From Malacoraja senta (Eukaryota): a DNA stretch of 64,000 nucleotides. The notes beneath the pieces are model-generated. The model was not told the DNA's origin. It worked only from the letters and a program-made list of their open reading frames with translations, and ran no database searches. Position 1 is the stretch's first letter, and every line of letters begins with the position of its first letter. Made by a program: the position numbers and the translations under genes. Positions 50,862-61,370 of this stretch are shown here, piece after piece. The stretch is from contig CM075987.1 in NCBI GenBank assembly GCA_038087875.1, positions 22,196,001 through 22,260,000 on the forward strand, read 5' to 3'.

Positions 50862-52473
50862 AAAGATAGACGCAAAAAGCAAATAGCTCAGCGGGTCAGA
50901 CAGCAATTCTGGAGAAAAGGAATAGGTGACGTTTTGGGTCGAGACCATTCTTCAGCCTGAAACATCACCTGAAATGTCACCTATTAAGTGACACCTATTA
51001 ATGTCACCTATTAAGAGTCAGTTATTAAAGATGGGATAGCAGCACATTTGGAAAGTGGTGAAATCATTGGACAAAGTCAGCATGGATTTACGAAAGGTAA
51101 ATCATGTCTGACGAATCTTATAGAATTTTTCAAGGATGTAACTAGTAGAGTGGATAGGGGAGAACCAGTGGATGTGTTGTATCTGGACTTTCAGAAGGCT
51201 TTCGACAAGGTCCCACATAAGAGATTAATATACAAACTTAAAGCACACGGTATTGGGGGTTCAGTATTGATGTGGATAGAGAACTGGCTGGCAAACAGGA
51301 AGCAAAGAGTAGGAGTAAACGAGTCCTTTTCACAATGGCAGGCAGTGACTAGTGGGGTACCGCAAGGCTCAGTGCTGGGACCCCAGCTATTTACAATTTA
51401 TATTAATGAGCTGGATGAGGGAATTGAAGGCAACATCTTCAAGTTTGCGGATGACACTAAGCTGGGGGGCAGTGTTAGCTGTGAGGAGGATGCTAGGAGA
51501 CTGCAAGGTGACTTGGATAGGCTGGGTGAGTGGGCAAATGTTTGGCAGATGCAGTATAATGTGGATAAATGTGAGATTATCCACTTTGGTGGCAAAAACA
51601 GGAAAGCAGACTATTATCTAAATGGTGGCCGATTAGGAAAAGGGGAGATGCAGCGAGACCTGGGTGTCATGGTATACCAGTCATTGAAAGTAGGCATGCA
51701 GGTGCAGCAGGCAGTGAAGAAAGCGAATGGTATGTTAGCTTTCATAGCAAAAGGATTTGAGTATAGGAGCAGGGAGGTTCTACTACAGTTGTACAGGGTC
51801 TTGGTGAGACCACACCTGGAGTATTGCGTACAGTTTTGGTCTCCAAATCTGAGGAAGGACATTATAGCCATAGAGGGAGTGCAGAGAAGGTTCACCAGAC
51901 TGATTCCTGGGATGTCAGGACTTTCATATGAAGAAAGACTGGATAGACTCGGCTTATACTCGCTAGAATTTAGGAGATTGAGAGGAGATCTTATAGAAAC
52001 TTACAAAATTCTTATGGGGTTGGACAGGCTAGATGCAGGAAGATTGTTCCCGATGTTGGGGAAGTCCAGGACAAGGGGTCACAGCTTAAGGATAAGGGGG
52101 AAATCCTTTAAGACCGAGATGAGAAAAAACTTTTTCACACAGAGAGTGGTGAATCTCTGGAACTCTCTGCCACAGAGGGTAGTTGAGGCCAGTTCATTGG
52201 CTATATTTAAGAGGGAGTTAGATGTGGCCCTTGTGGCTAAAGGGATCAGGGGGTATGGAGAGAAGGCAGGTACGGGATACTGAGTTGGATGATCAGCCAT
52301 GATCATATTAAATGGTGGTGCAGGCTCGAAGGGCCAAAGGGCCTACTCCTGCACCTATTTTCTATGTATCTATGTATTCCTTTTCTCCAGAGATGCTGTC
52401 TGACCCGCTGAGTTACTTCAGCTTTTTGTGTCTATCTTTGGTTTAAATCAGCATCTGCTGTTCCTTCCTACAC
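50862..52473. mobile_element. Palindromic Penelope-derived element split by a CR1 insertion
   Basis: Left part ends at GTCACCTATT (~50985); right arm resumes ATTCCTTTTCTCCAGAGATGCTG... at ~52376-52473. Confidence 0.8.
51014..52375 (+). mobile_element. Young 5'-truncated CR1 LINE with an uninterrupted 411-codon ORF2 C-terminal part (reverse transcriptase)
   Basis: ORF 51048-52283 with SQHGF, YLDFQKAFDKV, SGVPQGSVLGP, KFADDTKL and [10 protein letters not shown]; 3' UTR and (TCTATGT.)n tail; no endonuclease domain or ORF1. Confidence 0.97.
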
Positions 52474-53529
52474 ATTTTGTCTTGCCAGTTTATTTTGAAT
52501 ATGATAGATTTCAATAAGTAAACATCAAATTGTATAAAACAATGAGGTGATTTTTCCAGTTGCCAATTTCATTGATTGAGGGACGGACTTGCATTTACTT
52601 CCTATCTTTAATATGTGTTCAGGATATCTCAATACAGAGTTCTGAACTAGTAATCCACAAAATGTGATTTCAGATCCCACATGGCTACTGAAATTTACAA
52701 ATGAAAAATTGGAAGCAATAAAACTGACCATGAAACTGTTGGATTGTTGTAAAGAATTGTTTGGTCAATAGTATCCTTTAATCTGTTACCAATAATGTAT
52801 TTCTTAAGATCAAGCAATGTTGTATATAAGTAAATGGAGCGGCCACTTGGTGCACGGAGAACTCCTGCTGATAGCAGTGTCCAGATAATCTGCTGCAGTG
52901 ATGTCGAGTGAACGTTGAATGTTGTCCAGGTCATATCCAGAATAGATGAATTGCTGATAGAATTGGATGCAAGGAAGCGTGTGTGGGGCATAATAACCAA
53001 CAGAGAACTGTCGGGCTAAATCCCTTGTTTCTGTATTGTACATTTCCATACATTTAACATTATTCTGCCACATTCTGCACCAGAGTAATGGAAAAATGAA
53101 CGATATGTTATATATTGTCTCAATACATCCAAAAAGACTTTATCTCTGTCCGTTCATGGATCCCCTATTACCCATAAAGTTGTCAGAGCATTTCCAACAA
53201 TGACTATGTTCACCACCACATACGCTTCGAAAGTGCCTCAAATATCTCTCCCTGGCATCCACAATCTGTCACAATTGCGTTGCCCCTGGGAGACGACGAC
53301 AACTTGTTACCTGCTGTCTTTAATATAGTAAAACATCCAAAGATGTTTCACATAAGCATCGGCTTTGACCATAAACAAGAAGAAGAAATATTTGAGCAGC
53401 CGAGCAAAAGCATGATCAAAGGAATAAATTAAAAAGAGCATTGAAAGGAGGAAATAAAAGATTGGAGGAGGGATTGGAGGAGGGAACTCTAGTGCTGGGA
53501 GCTACCAGTTGTCAGATTTAAATGTTTTT

Positions 53530-54115
53530 TTTTGTCCTTTGTCTTTTCAACTCTGGCCTTTGTTTAACCACCAGCCTATCAAAACCCCCTTTCACCTGTA
53601 TCTGCCTATCACTTGAAGATAGACATAAAACATATGTACTTAAGCTATGAACTGCTGTTGTATAACGTTAGTACCTCCACCAATGTAAAGCACTTTGGTC
53701 AACGAGAGTTGTTTTTTAAATGTGCTACAGAAATAAAAGTGACTGACAGACTGACTGAAAATGCTGGAGTAACTCAACGGGACAGGCAGCATCTCTGGAG
53801 AGAAGGAATGGATGACGTTTCGGGTCGAGAAACTTCTTCAGACCCAAAACGTCACCCATTCCTTCTCTCCAGGGATGCTGCCTGTCCCGCTGAGTTACTC
53901 CAGCATTTTGTGTCTATCTTCGGTTTAAACCAGCATCTGCAGTTCCTTCCTACACATTCTACCTACCACTTGCCAGGCTTTGTCCTGCCCTCCGACTCTT
54001 CCAGCTTCCACCCACCCAACCACAATCAGTATGAAGAAGGGTCCCACCAGAAACATCACCTATCTATGTTCTCCAGCAATGCTGCCTGACCTGCTGAGTT
54101 ACTCCAGCACTTTGT
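53530..54115. mobile_element. Nested Penelope-derived repeats with an inner LINE tail
   Basis: The outer repeat is interrupted by a palindromic copy at 53616-53957 (flanks TCT(G/A)CCTA(T/C)CACTTG at 53601-53615 and 53958-53972), which is itself interrupted by a ~125-bp tail ending (GACT)n. Confidence 0.7.
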
Positions 54116-57100
54116 AATTGGAGGAAACTACCTTACCATGGAAGATTTTGAAATGAAGATTGAAAAATCAACAGAAGAAACAGCAACAATAAGCAAGTTC
54201 TATGCGTGAACTTTGTATGCTTATTCATCTGCATTGTGCTATCATTAACTCCACTCCAACTCAGTTTGCTTGATGGTATCTTCAGGATTCATTTCTTTGA
54301 GAAAAATATTTGAAAGTTGTAGATAAAGGATACAAAAGTAGCAATATAGGTAAAGATTTGTTTCCATTCAGAATTCTGGAAATTCCTGGTTATATGTGGA
54401 AAAGGAATGCCCGCACCTTTAATTTACCCATTTCACAGCGAATAATTCATAGTTTACAAAGCATAGAACTTAACATACTTTGCAATCCCCCCGCCCCCCC
54501 AACCAGCACTACCGTTTTCATTTTGGTTAGGACGGAAAATGGGCCTGTACTTGTCTTGTTCCCCTCCCCCGTTATGGTTCAAAGGACAGCTAGGCCTCTG
54601 TTGCTTGGTAACCACAGATCCTGGAGGCCCAGGAGGAGCAGCTGGAGCAGGTTTCAGGCAGCGCTGATGTTCTCAAACTCATGTCCCTCAGGATCTGCTG
54701 CAGTCTGGACAGGCAAGCTGGCTGAACAGAAACTGACAATGGGCGTTAGAGTAGATACCTGCCTTAGTGGTGCAGTTTTTAACACTTTCTTACAAAGGTG
54801 TAACCATGGTACTGCAATATCAATAAGTTACTTGACCTCCCAGCTACTTATTTATCTCTATTGAAGCAAAGTTACCCCTCCTCCAATTTTCCTTTGTATT
54901 TTTCCTCCCATATTTGACTTTCTGGATTAATGCTTAAAGCTCGGAGAGCTGCCAATACCCAATAGTACTTTTCATGCAAGTCTGTGAACAAGAAACTAAA
55001 TCAAAAATAAACGAGCAAAAGTTTCCTAAAAGCGCATGTTATAAAAATGTATCCTTAAATACGCTGTTAACCACATCACCTCTGACTGAATAGGCAAGAT
55101 TCTGGAACTATACAGTAATAAAATGTAATTTAGGCCTGATATTCTGCTGGGAGCTGCTGGTTTCTTGTATAATTTTGTAAAACAGCAAATCCCACTCCCT
55201 CCTATTGAATGGCTGCTAACACTGTTTGTCAAGGGCTGCTATTTGTTTCCTGATAAAGTTATGTTGTGAGACCAGAATACGGACAGAATCTCCTAATCAT
55301 TCATCCTCTGTTTTCAATGTTAATTGTGCAAAATAATAGCAGCTGCCCAGTATATACTGCATCTGCAATTTAATTCCATGAAGGAATTTCTAACAAATAC
55401 TGTACTCTTTACTCAAAATTAATTTGTGCAGTGCCATTTCCTTCAGCACAATACACTGCACAATTTATTCAAATTTTGAGTTTAACTAGATGTGTTTTTC
55501 AGGTGAGCTGGAAGCAATCTCAATATTGGACCAGGCACTTATAGTTGTGGGCTGGGTCAACACATCCAACAACAACGCGCAGCACCTAATTCTACTCCAG
55601 TATCAACATAAATTGGAACTCAACGTTCCACGCTAATACCATCATAGAAATGTCACTCAAACTAGCAAGGAGACCTCAAGCTATTTAAATAAGCATTATC
55701 CTGGTGTTGGGAAGTCTGACAGGAAAGCTTCACAACTGGACATCAAGATGCATCCTGGTGGCACATCACTGTTTAAACTGCTCTTGTAGCAGATACCAGA
55801 TCTCTTGCTTGATCAGCATGAGATTGAAAACTACGGAAGCAGTGAGACTTTGTGTGGACATTGTCTGTGCTTCCACAGCAACGAACAAATGATCGGGATT
55901 GCCATCTGTCCCCAAGACATTATGGTCTGTGGAGTGTTGGAGCAGGCTTCCTCCATTTTCTTGTCATCTCTTTTGTTTGCTGAGGCAGGACTGACAGCTT
56001 GCTGTGCATCCATATCCATATTAGCCTTGCCGTGAAAGTCCTCATCAGAGTCCTCTGCAGCAATACAAATCTCTGGAATCTGAAGAAGATACCCTACAGC
56101 AAATGCCAATCAGTAATCTACTTTGCCAAGTGTATTTCCCACTAACATGCATCTCACTTTTATTATTTGCTCCTCCTTATGTTGTCTGTCTCTGACACAG
56201 TTCAGTGGGTTTGAAAAACGCAACATGGTTTTCATAAAAATGCCCCGCCTCCTGTCCCTTCAGTGTTTCTCCCCTTCTCCCCCTCCCCCCCCACGCAACA
56301 CTTCCTCGTCTGGGGATGGTTCATCCCACGATATTGCAAAGTCAAACGAGAAGATCAGAAGATATTAGCACATGCAAACTGTGGTCAAAACATATTTTTC
56401 GAGTGAGGCAGTGGCAGAGATGTTAAGATATCTCTGAACAATTGTATCCATGGAGAAGTAATGATCAGAATGAAACCTTGTTAAACATACCTGGCAGATT
56501 GTGGATTGTGCGTAGATATTAGACTTCATGGTCCCTGTACAGGAGGTGCAGGTATCTCCTCCAAATTGATGAGTTGCTGCACTCGTGCAGAGCGCCATTT
56601 GGATGACTACCGACTTTCATGACTGCTGTCTGCCTGAAAGAGGTTGAGGTATATGGAAGGTGTGAATCGAGTCACAATTGGTGTGTGTAAGAATGTGTGC
56701 ATATGTTTAAGTGTACAGAATGAAAGGGCAGTATTTCTGTTTGGACATGTGCTCAGCTGGACATTTTGGTGCACAGGACAACTTGACTTGGCTTTATATC
56801 AAGGCATCAATGACCCTCCTGACAATCATTACGTTTACTCTGGCAGCCTCTCCCTTTCCCACATGAGTAGCCATGTATTGTTGCTGTCTGCCTGTCATGG
56901 AGAGAGTGCCTTCATGGAATTGCTATAGCTGCACAGTGAAGTGTCAGCAACTTCGCTACATAGGGTGAAGGATCATTTAGAACCATGCAGGTCCCGACAG
57001 TGCAATTCCCCACAGCACTGTTTCTTGCATATTTATGGACCACTCTACTAGATTTTCCGAGAGATCTAATTGAACATTTAACACTAAAGGCAACACGTTA

Positions 57101-57235
57101 AATGCACCAAAAATTGTCAAATGCAAGTTCCAGGCATTAGGTGCAAATGCAATGTATTATTATAATACCAGGCTTTAGATGTTAGAAGAGTTTTCCAATT
57201 TGGAAATTTTGCATTTTGCTGAACTTGAGATCAAG

Positions 57236-57435
57236 NNNNNNNNNNNNNNNNNNNNNNNNNNNNNNNNNNNNNNNNNNNNNNNNNNNNNNNNNNNNNNNNN
57301 NNNNNNNNNNNNNNNNNNNNNNNNNNNNNNNNNNNNNNNNNNNNNNNNNNNNNNNNNNNNNNNNNNNNNNNNNNNNNNNNNNNNNNNNNNNNNNNNNNNN
57401 NNNNNNNNNNNNNNNNNNNNNNNNNNNNNNNNNNN
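57236..57435. other. Assembly gap (200 N)
   Basis: Exactly 200 N; true length unknown. Confidence 1.
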
Positions 57436-58062
57436 GGACAGTAAACTGGACTGGTCCAGGAACGTTGAGGCCCTGTACAAGAAGGGACAGAGCCGGCTGT
57501 ACTTTTTGAGAAGGCTCCGCTCCTTCAAAGTCTGCGGTAAGATGCTGCAGATGTTCTACCAATCGGTGGTAGCCGGTGCCATCTTCTTTGCTGTAATGTG
57601 CTGGGGCAGCAGGGCAAAGGCCGCGGATGCCAATAGGATTAACAAACTCATCAAGAAGGCTGGCTCCGGCCTGAAGGCGGAGTTAGACTCATGGGAGGTG
57701 GTCTTGGAGGGGAGGATGCTCCTCAAACTGCAGAGCATCCTGGACAATACAGCTCACCCCCTCCGTGACACACTGGTCATCCTGAGGAGCACCTTCAGCA
57801 ACAGACTGGTTCCACCAAGATGCAGTACAGAATGCCAGAGGGGATCCTTCTTCCCTGTGGCTATCAAACTGTACAACTCCTCCCCCTTCTGTCATGGTGT
57901 AGACTGACTTCCTTCCCCCCCCCCCCCCCCCCCAGCATTTGCACATCCCCCATCCTTTTCACCCATCACTTTAATTTCATGTTTCACATATTTTGTGTTT
58001 TATGACTGTTTGCAGATCAATTTCCCTCCTGGGATCAATCAAGTTCTATCGTATTGTATCGT
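57436..58062 (+). mobile_element. Rex/Babar-clade LINE 3' end, ORF open up to the gap
   Basis: DSKLDWSRNVEALYKKGQSRLYFLRRLRSF...FYQSVVA...CWG...SFFPVAIKLYN; 3' end GGGATCAATCAAGTT plus (TATCG)n-like tail. Confidence 0.9.
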
Positions 58063-59114
58063 GTTCAAGTCGGCTCAACTGGTCAGTAAAATCATGGCTA
58101 AATTTTTACCTCAACTCTAAGAATTTTTTTTTAATATATCATCAGAAAATCCTAGAAATGTTCAGCTGGTAAGGCAGCATTTGTGGAGAGAGAGAGAGAG
58201 GGAGAGAAAGACAGAGAAAGACAGAGTGAGAGAAGGTTAGCATTTCAGTGGCCTTTTTAACAATTATCTCTGAAGCATTACATTTGTTTCTCCCTCCACG
58301 ATCGCTGCCTGACCTGTTGACCATTTACAGCAATTTCTGTTTTTATTTCAGGTTTTCTACATCTGCAGCATTTTGCGTTGGCTCCAAGAATCTATTGATC
58401 CATCATCAATGAATGAGCATCAACACTCATCAGAGAACAGGAAAAATCCACACATTCCCAACCTTTTCACGTGAAATCATTTCTTCGTTTGTAGGTCTTA
58501 AATGTCTTTCTAACACTGAAAAGACGTGAAAGTAAGATTGTGACGCCTAATCGCAGCCTCTCCTATCAACAGAGGAAGCCTACCAATAACTAACATGTAA
58601 TCTTGAAGTTTAGGACCAGGGAGTATATCTCAGGAAATTACTTCCAAGCAATCGGAGTGTTCCTAACATTGAAGCAGCCTGCAGGACATGGATGTCCTCA
58701 AATTCCCAAGATGTGCATCCACTCTGGGAATGCCAGATCATGGAATAGAACCTGCATTTCACCCAACCGACTAGTCATAATTGTTGGTTGGCACTATTTA
58801 CTCACTGTACAATTAGAGACAGAGCAAAAGCTCCCCCTTCAAATGTCAATGAAATACTCCTATGGCAGATAGAGCACAAGTGAGATAGAGAATAAAACTC
58901 CTACGCTGTCCCATTAAACCATCGCAAGGCAGTTATAGGATGAATTAGATTCAGCACATAACTTGCTGCTATGCACCAGGGTAGCTACAGAATAGTTTAG
59001 ATATGAAATAAGGCTCCACCTACACTCTTCCACCATTTTATCTTAATTTTTCCAGCCCTTTAGCATTTACATATTTCTAGTTCCTGAGTAAAACGGACAA
59101 ATTGAGCTGAATGA

Positions 59115-59390
59115 GGGCAGAGAAGATTTACACGGATGTTGCCAGGATTCGAGGGCCTGAGCTGTAGGGAGAGATAGGGCAGCCTATGAGTTTATTTCTT
59201 GGAGCGCAGAAAGCTGAGGGATGACCGTATAGAAATGTATAAGATCACGAGGTGTATAGATAGGGTGAATGCATAGAGTCTTTTACCCTGGGTTGGGGAA
59301 TCACGAACCAGAGAACATAAGTTTAAGGTGAGAAGGGAAAGATTTAATAGGAATCTGAGGGGCACTTTTTTCACCCAGAGGGAGGTAGGT
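59115..59390 (+). mobile_element. CR1 ORF2 C-terminal fragment
   Basis: Similar to 26595-26850. Confidence 0.8.
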
Positions 59391-59489
59391 AAAACTGGTG
59401 TTTTAATGATAATTCATCAGTAAACTCTGACCAGAATGTATCTGATTTGTTCCCAGTTAGACATTTAGACATTTGAACAGATAGGAGGT

Positions 59490-59835
59490 GATTTTTGTCC
59501 TGGGCCTCCTCCATGGCCAGAGTGAGCACCAGAAATTGGAGGAACAACACCACATATTTCGCTTGAACAGTTTATACCCCAGCGGCATGAACATTGACTT
59601 CTCCAATTTCCGGTAGCCCTTATTGTCTCCTCCCCATCTCAGCTCTCCCTCAGCCCTTTGGCTCCTCCTCCTCCTTTCTTCTTCCCGCCCCCCCACCCTA
59701 CATCAGTCTGAAGAAGGGTTTTGGCCCGAAACATTGCCTATTTCCTTCGCTCCATAGATGCTGCCGCACCCGCTGAGTTTCTCCAGCACTTTTGTCTACC
59801 TTCGGTTTTCCAGCATCTGCAGTTCCTTCTTAAAC
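59490..59835 (+). mobile_element. Penelope-like element 3' fragment plus terminal repeat
   Basis: ...KLEEQHHIFRLNSLYPSGMNIDFSNFR*, then CAGTCTGAAGAAGGG..CCCGAAA; same subfamily as 8834-9000. Confidence 0.85.
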
Positions 59836-60250
59836 ATAGGAGGTGATGATAGGTTGATACAATTGTCCTCAATGGTTCTGTAAGGAAGAAGTGTAAACAG
59901 CTGGAGTTTAAATCCTGATGACTATATGTGGGACCAGTATAGTACAACAGGATGGCCAAGGAAAGATTCCCATATAGAGAGAGGTGGAAAGCAACAGCAG
60001 CAATGAATAATCCAAAGAAATAGGCCCCTCTTTAATTATTAAAGGACCCATTCTTACTCATGACTTGTTGTTTGCTCTTCAGGAATTTTTATGCTTGAAT
60101 TACATCATCAGCACTATAAACACATAGTTAGCCCTTTTTTATCAGTGAATTGTGTTCCCTGTTCAATCTGAAAGAGGCACAAAGAGGTTGGTTGTTCCAA
60201 TTATTCACCGGGGTATTAAATAGCAACTGGACACATTATTTCTTGGACAA

Positions 60251-60358
60251 AAAATATTACTTGGGCATAAAATGTCTCTAGGATATGAAGTATTACCTGG
60301 ACACAAAATATTACTTGGGCATAAAATGTCTCTAGGATATGAAGTATTACCTGGACAC
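60251..60358. repeat. Perfect 54-bp tandem duplication
   Basis: AAAATATTACTTGGGCATAAAATGTCTCTAGGATATGAAGTATTACCTGGACAC twice (60251-60304 and 60305-60358). Confidence 0.95.
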
Positions 60359-60499
60359 AAAATGCCTGGGTGTGAAATGCAAGAAAATTGGAAAGGCAAG
60401 TCCGCACATTGCTTGATTTTCTTTCTTCGCGGAATGGAGAATAAAGGTCTCTCAACTCTGTCCCATCCAATACTCCCAGAGGAACTGCAGCATTGGTAA

Positions 60500-60901
60500 T
60501 TCATTCATTCATTCATTCATCATCGTTGAAAACATTAGCGACGCAGTGGTGCTGGTTTCCGACGGGAACGGTGACGGACGCACCTCACATCTCTGGCCTC
60601 CAGTTCCTGCGGATTGGATATGATTTTGGTGTGTGTGCTTTATCATCATTCCTTACAATGCTATGTACGACAGTGACCGCAACTTCTACTGAAGTGTGGA
60701 TGGCCGTTGGCTCGCTAGATGCTCATCCGCCCTTTGACAGGTCTTGTTTTTGGTCCTGCTGGGGTCCACAGCGCCCCTCCTCACCTGGCATACTAGGTGG
60801 GGGAGACAGTTTAGTCGCCGACTATCCGACCATGGAGCAGGTAGCACGGGATTACATGGTTCCCATGGCGGGAGGAACTCCCCCCCCCGACCTGACCTGA
60901 C
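60500..60901. mobile_element. Young unclassified short retroposon (402 bp), possibly an RTE-derived non-autonomous element
   Basis: Perfect 12-bp TSD CAGCATTGGTAA at 60488-60499 and 60902-60913; (TCAT)n at the left end, (CCTGA)n at the right end; CpG-rich. Confidence 0.75.
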
Positions 60902-61119
60902 CAGCATTGGTAAGACGCAGTTTAGTATGTCCTATGAAAGATTCTCAGAGGAGGTAGAAGATGAATTAGCTATAGGGTAAAGCTCTTTCTGCACTACTCC
61001 CATCATTGCATTTTGCTGTAAGATGTCATCCAAGTCTCAGTTGTGGGGATTTTAGCTCTGAATCAGGTTTGGATTCAACCCTAAAGACAGTGGCTAGGCT
61101 GATATCTATTGTTTGGAAG

Positions 61120-61370
61120 ACTGTCAGATCTCAGGTGAACTTAGAATATCCCATGAGCTATTTTAAAGAGGAAATATCCTTAATGCTTTGGCCAATATTT
61201 ATCTCTTACTCACACTATCTAGTCATCACCACGTTGTGATCTATGGGATCATAAGGTTGGCTAAATGACTGCTCTATAGCAATACTACTTCACACATACT
61301 ATATTGACATTGAAACCTTTGGGGCATTCCATAATTTTGAACATCCCTATTTAAATGTATGTCTTTATTT
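61120..61370 (+). mobile_element. Ancient DeuSINE-like SINE fragment
   Basis: TCTCAGGTGAAC..ATCCCATGAGCTATTTTAAAGAGG..TGGCCAATATTTATC resembles the Deu domain as I recall it. Confidence 0.5.

Larger units (their letters stand above)
50690..53290 (-). mobile_element. Decayed PIF/Harbinger transposase gene split by nested insertions
   Basis: Ordered minus-strand motifs: QIVDARERYLRHFR; IVGNALT..DP*TDRDKVFLDVLR; RFLASNS...QQIIWTLLSAGVLRAPS; EHILKIGSKCK...KLATGKI / IVLYNL; and beyond the CR1, SPGYID...GW...RDT. These match typical Harbinger N- and C-terminal motifs; most of the catalytic core is absent. Confidence 0.6.

Noticed and set aside
52810-53073. 87-aa ORF considered as a host exon or viral remnant
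   Set aside because: Better explained as an off-frame reading of the decayed Harbinger transposase region.
55830-56640. Minus-strand acidic segment (AEDSDEDF) and an exon-like piece, reminiscent of decayed Harbinger Myb-gene tails
   Set aside because: All frames of the exon-like piece contain stops, and the similarity is too vague to support.
57179-57907. 242-aa ORF
   Set aside because: Spans the 200-N gap; only the part after the gap is real LINE coding sequence.
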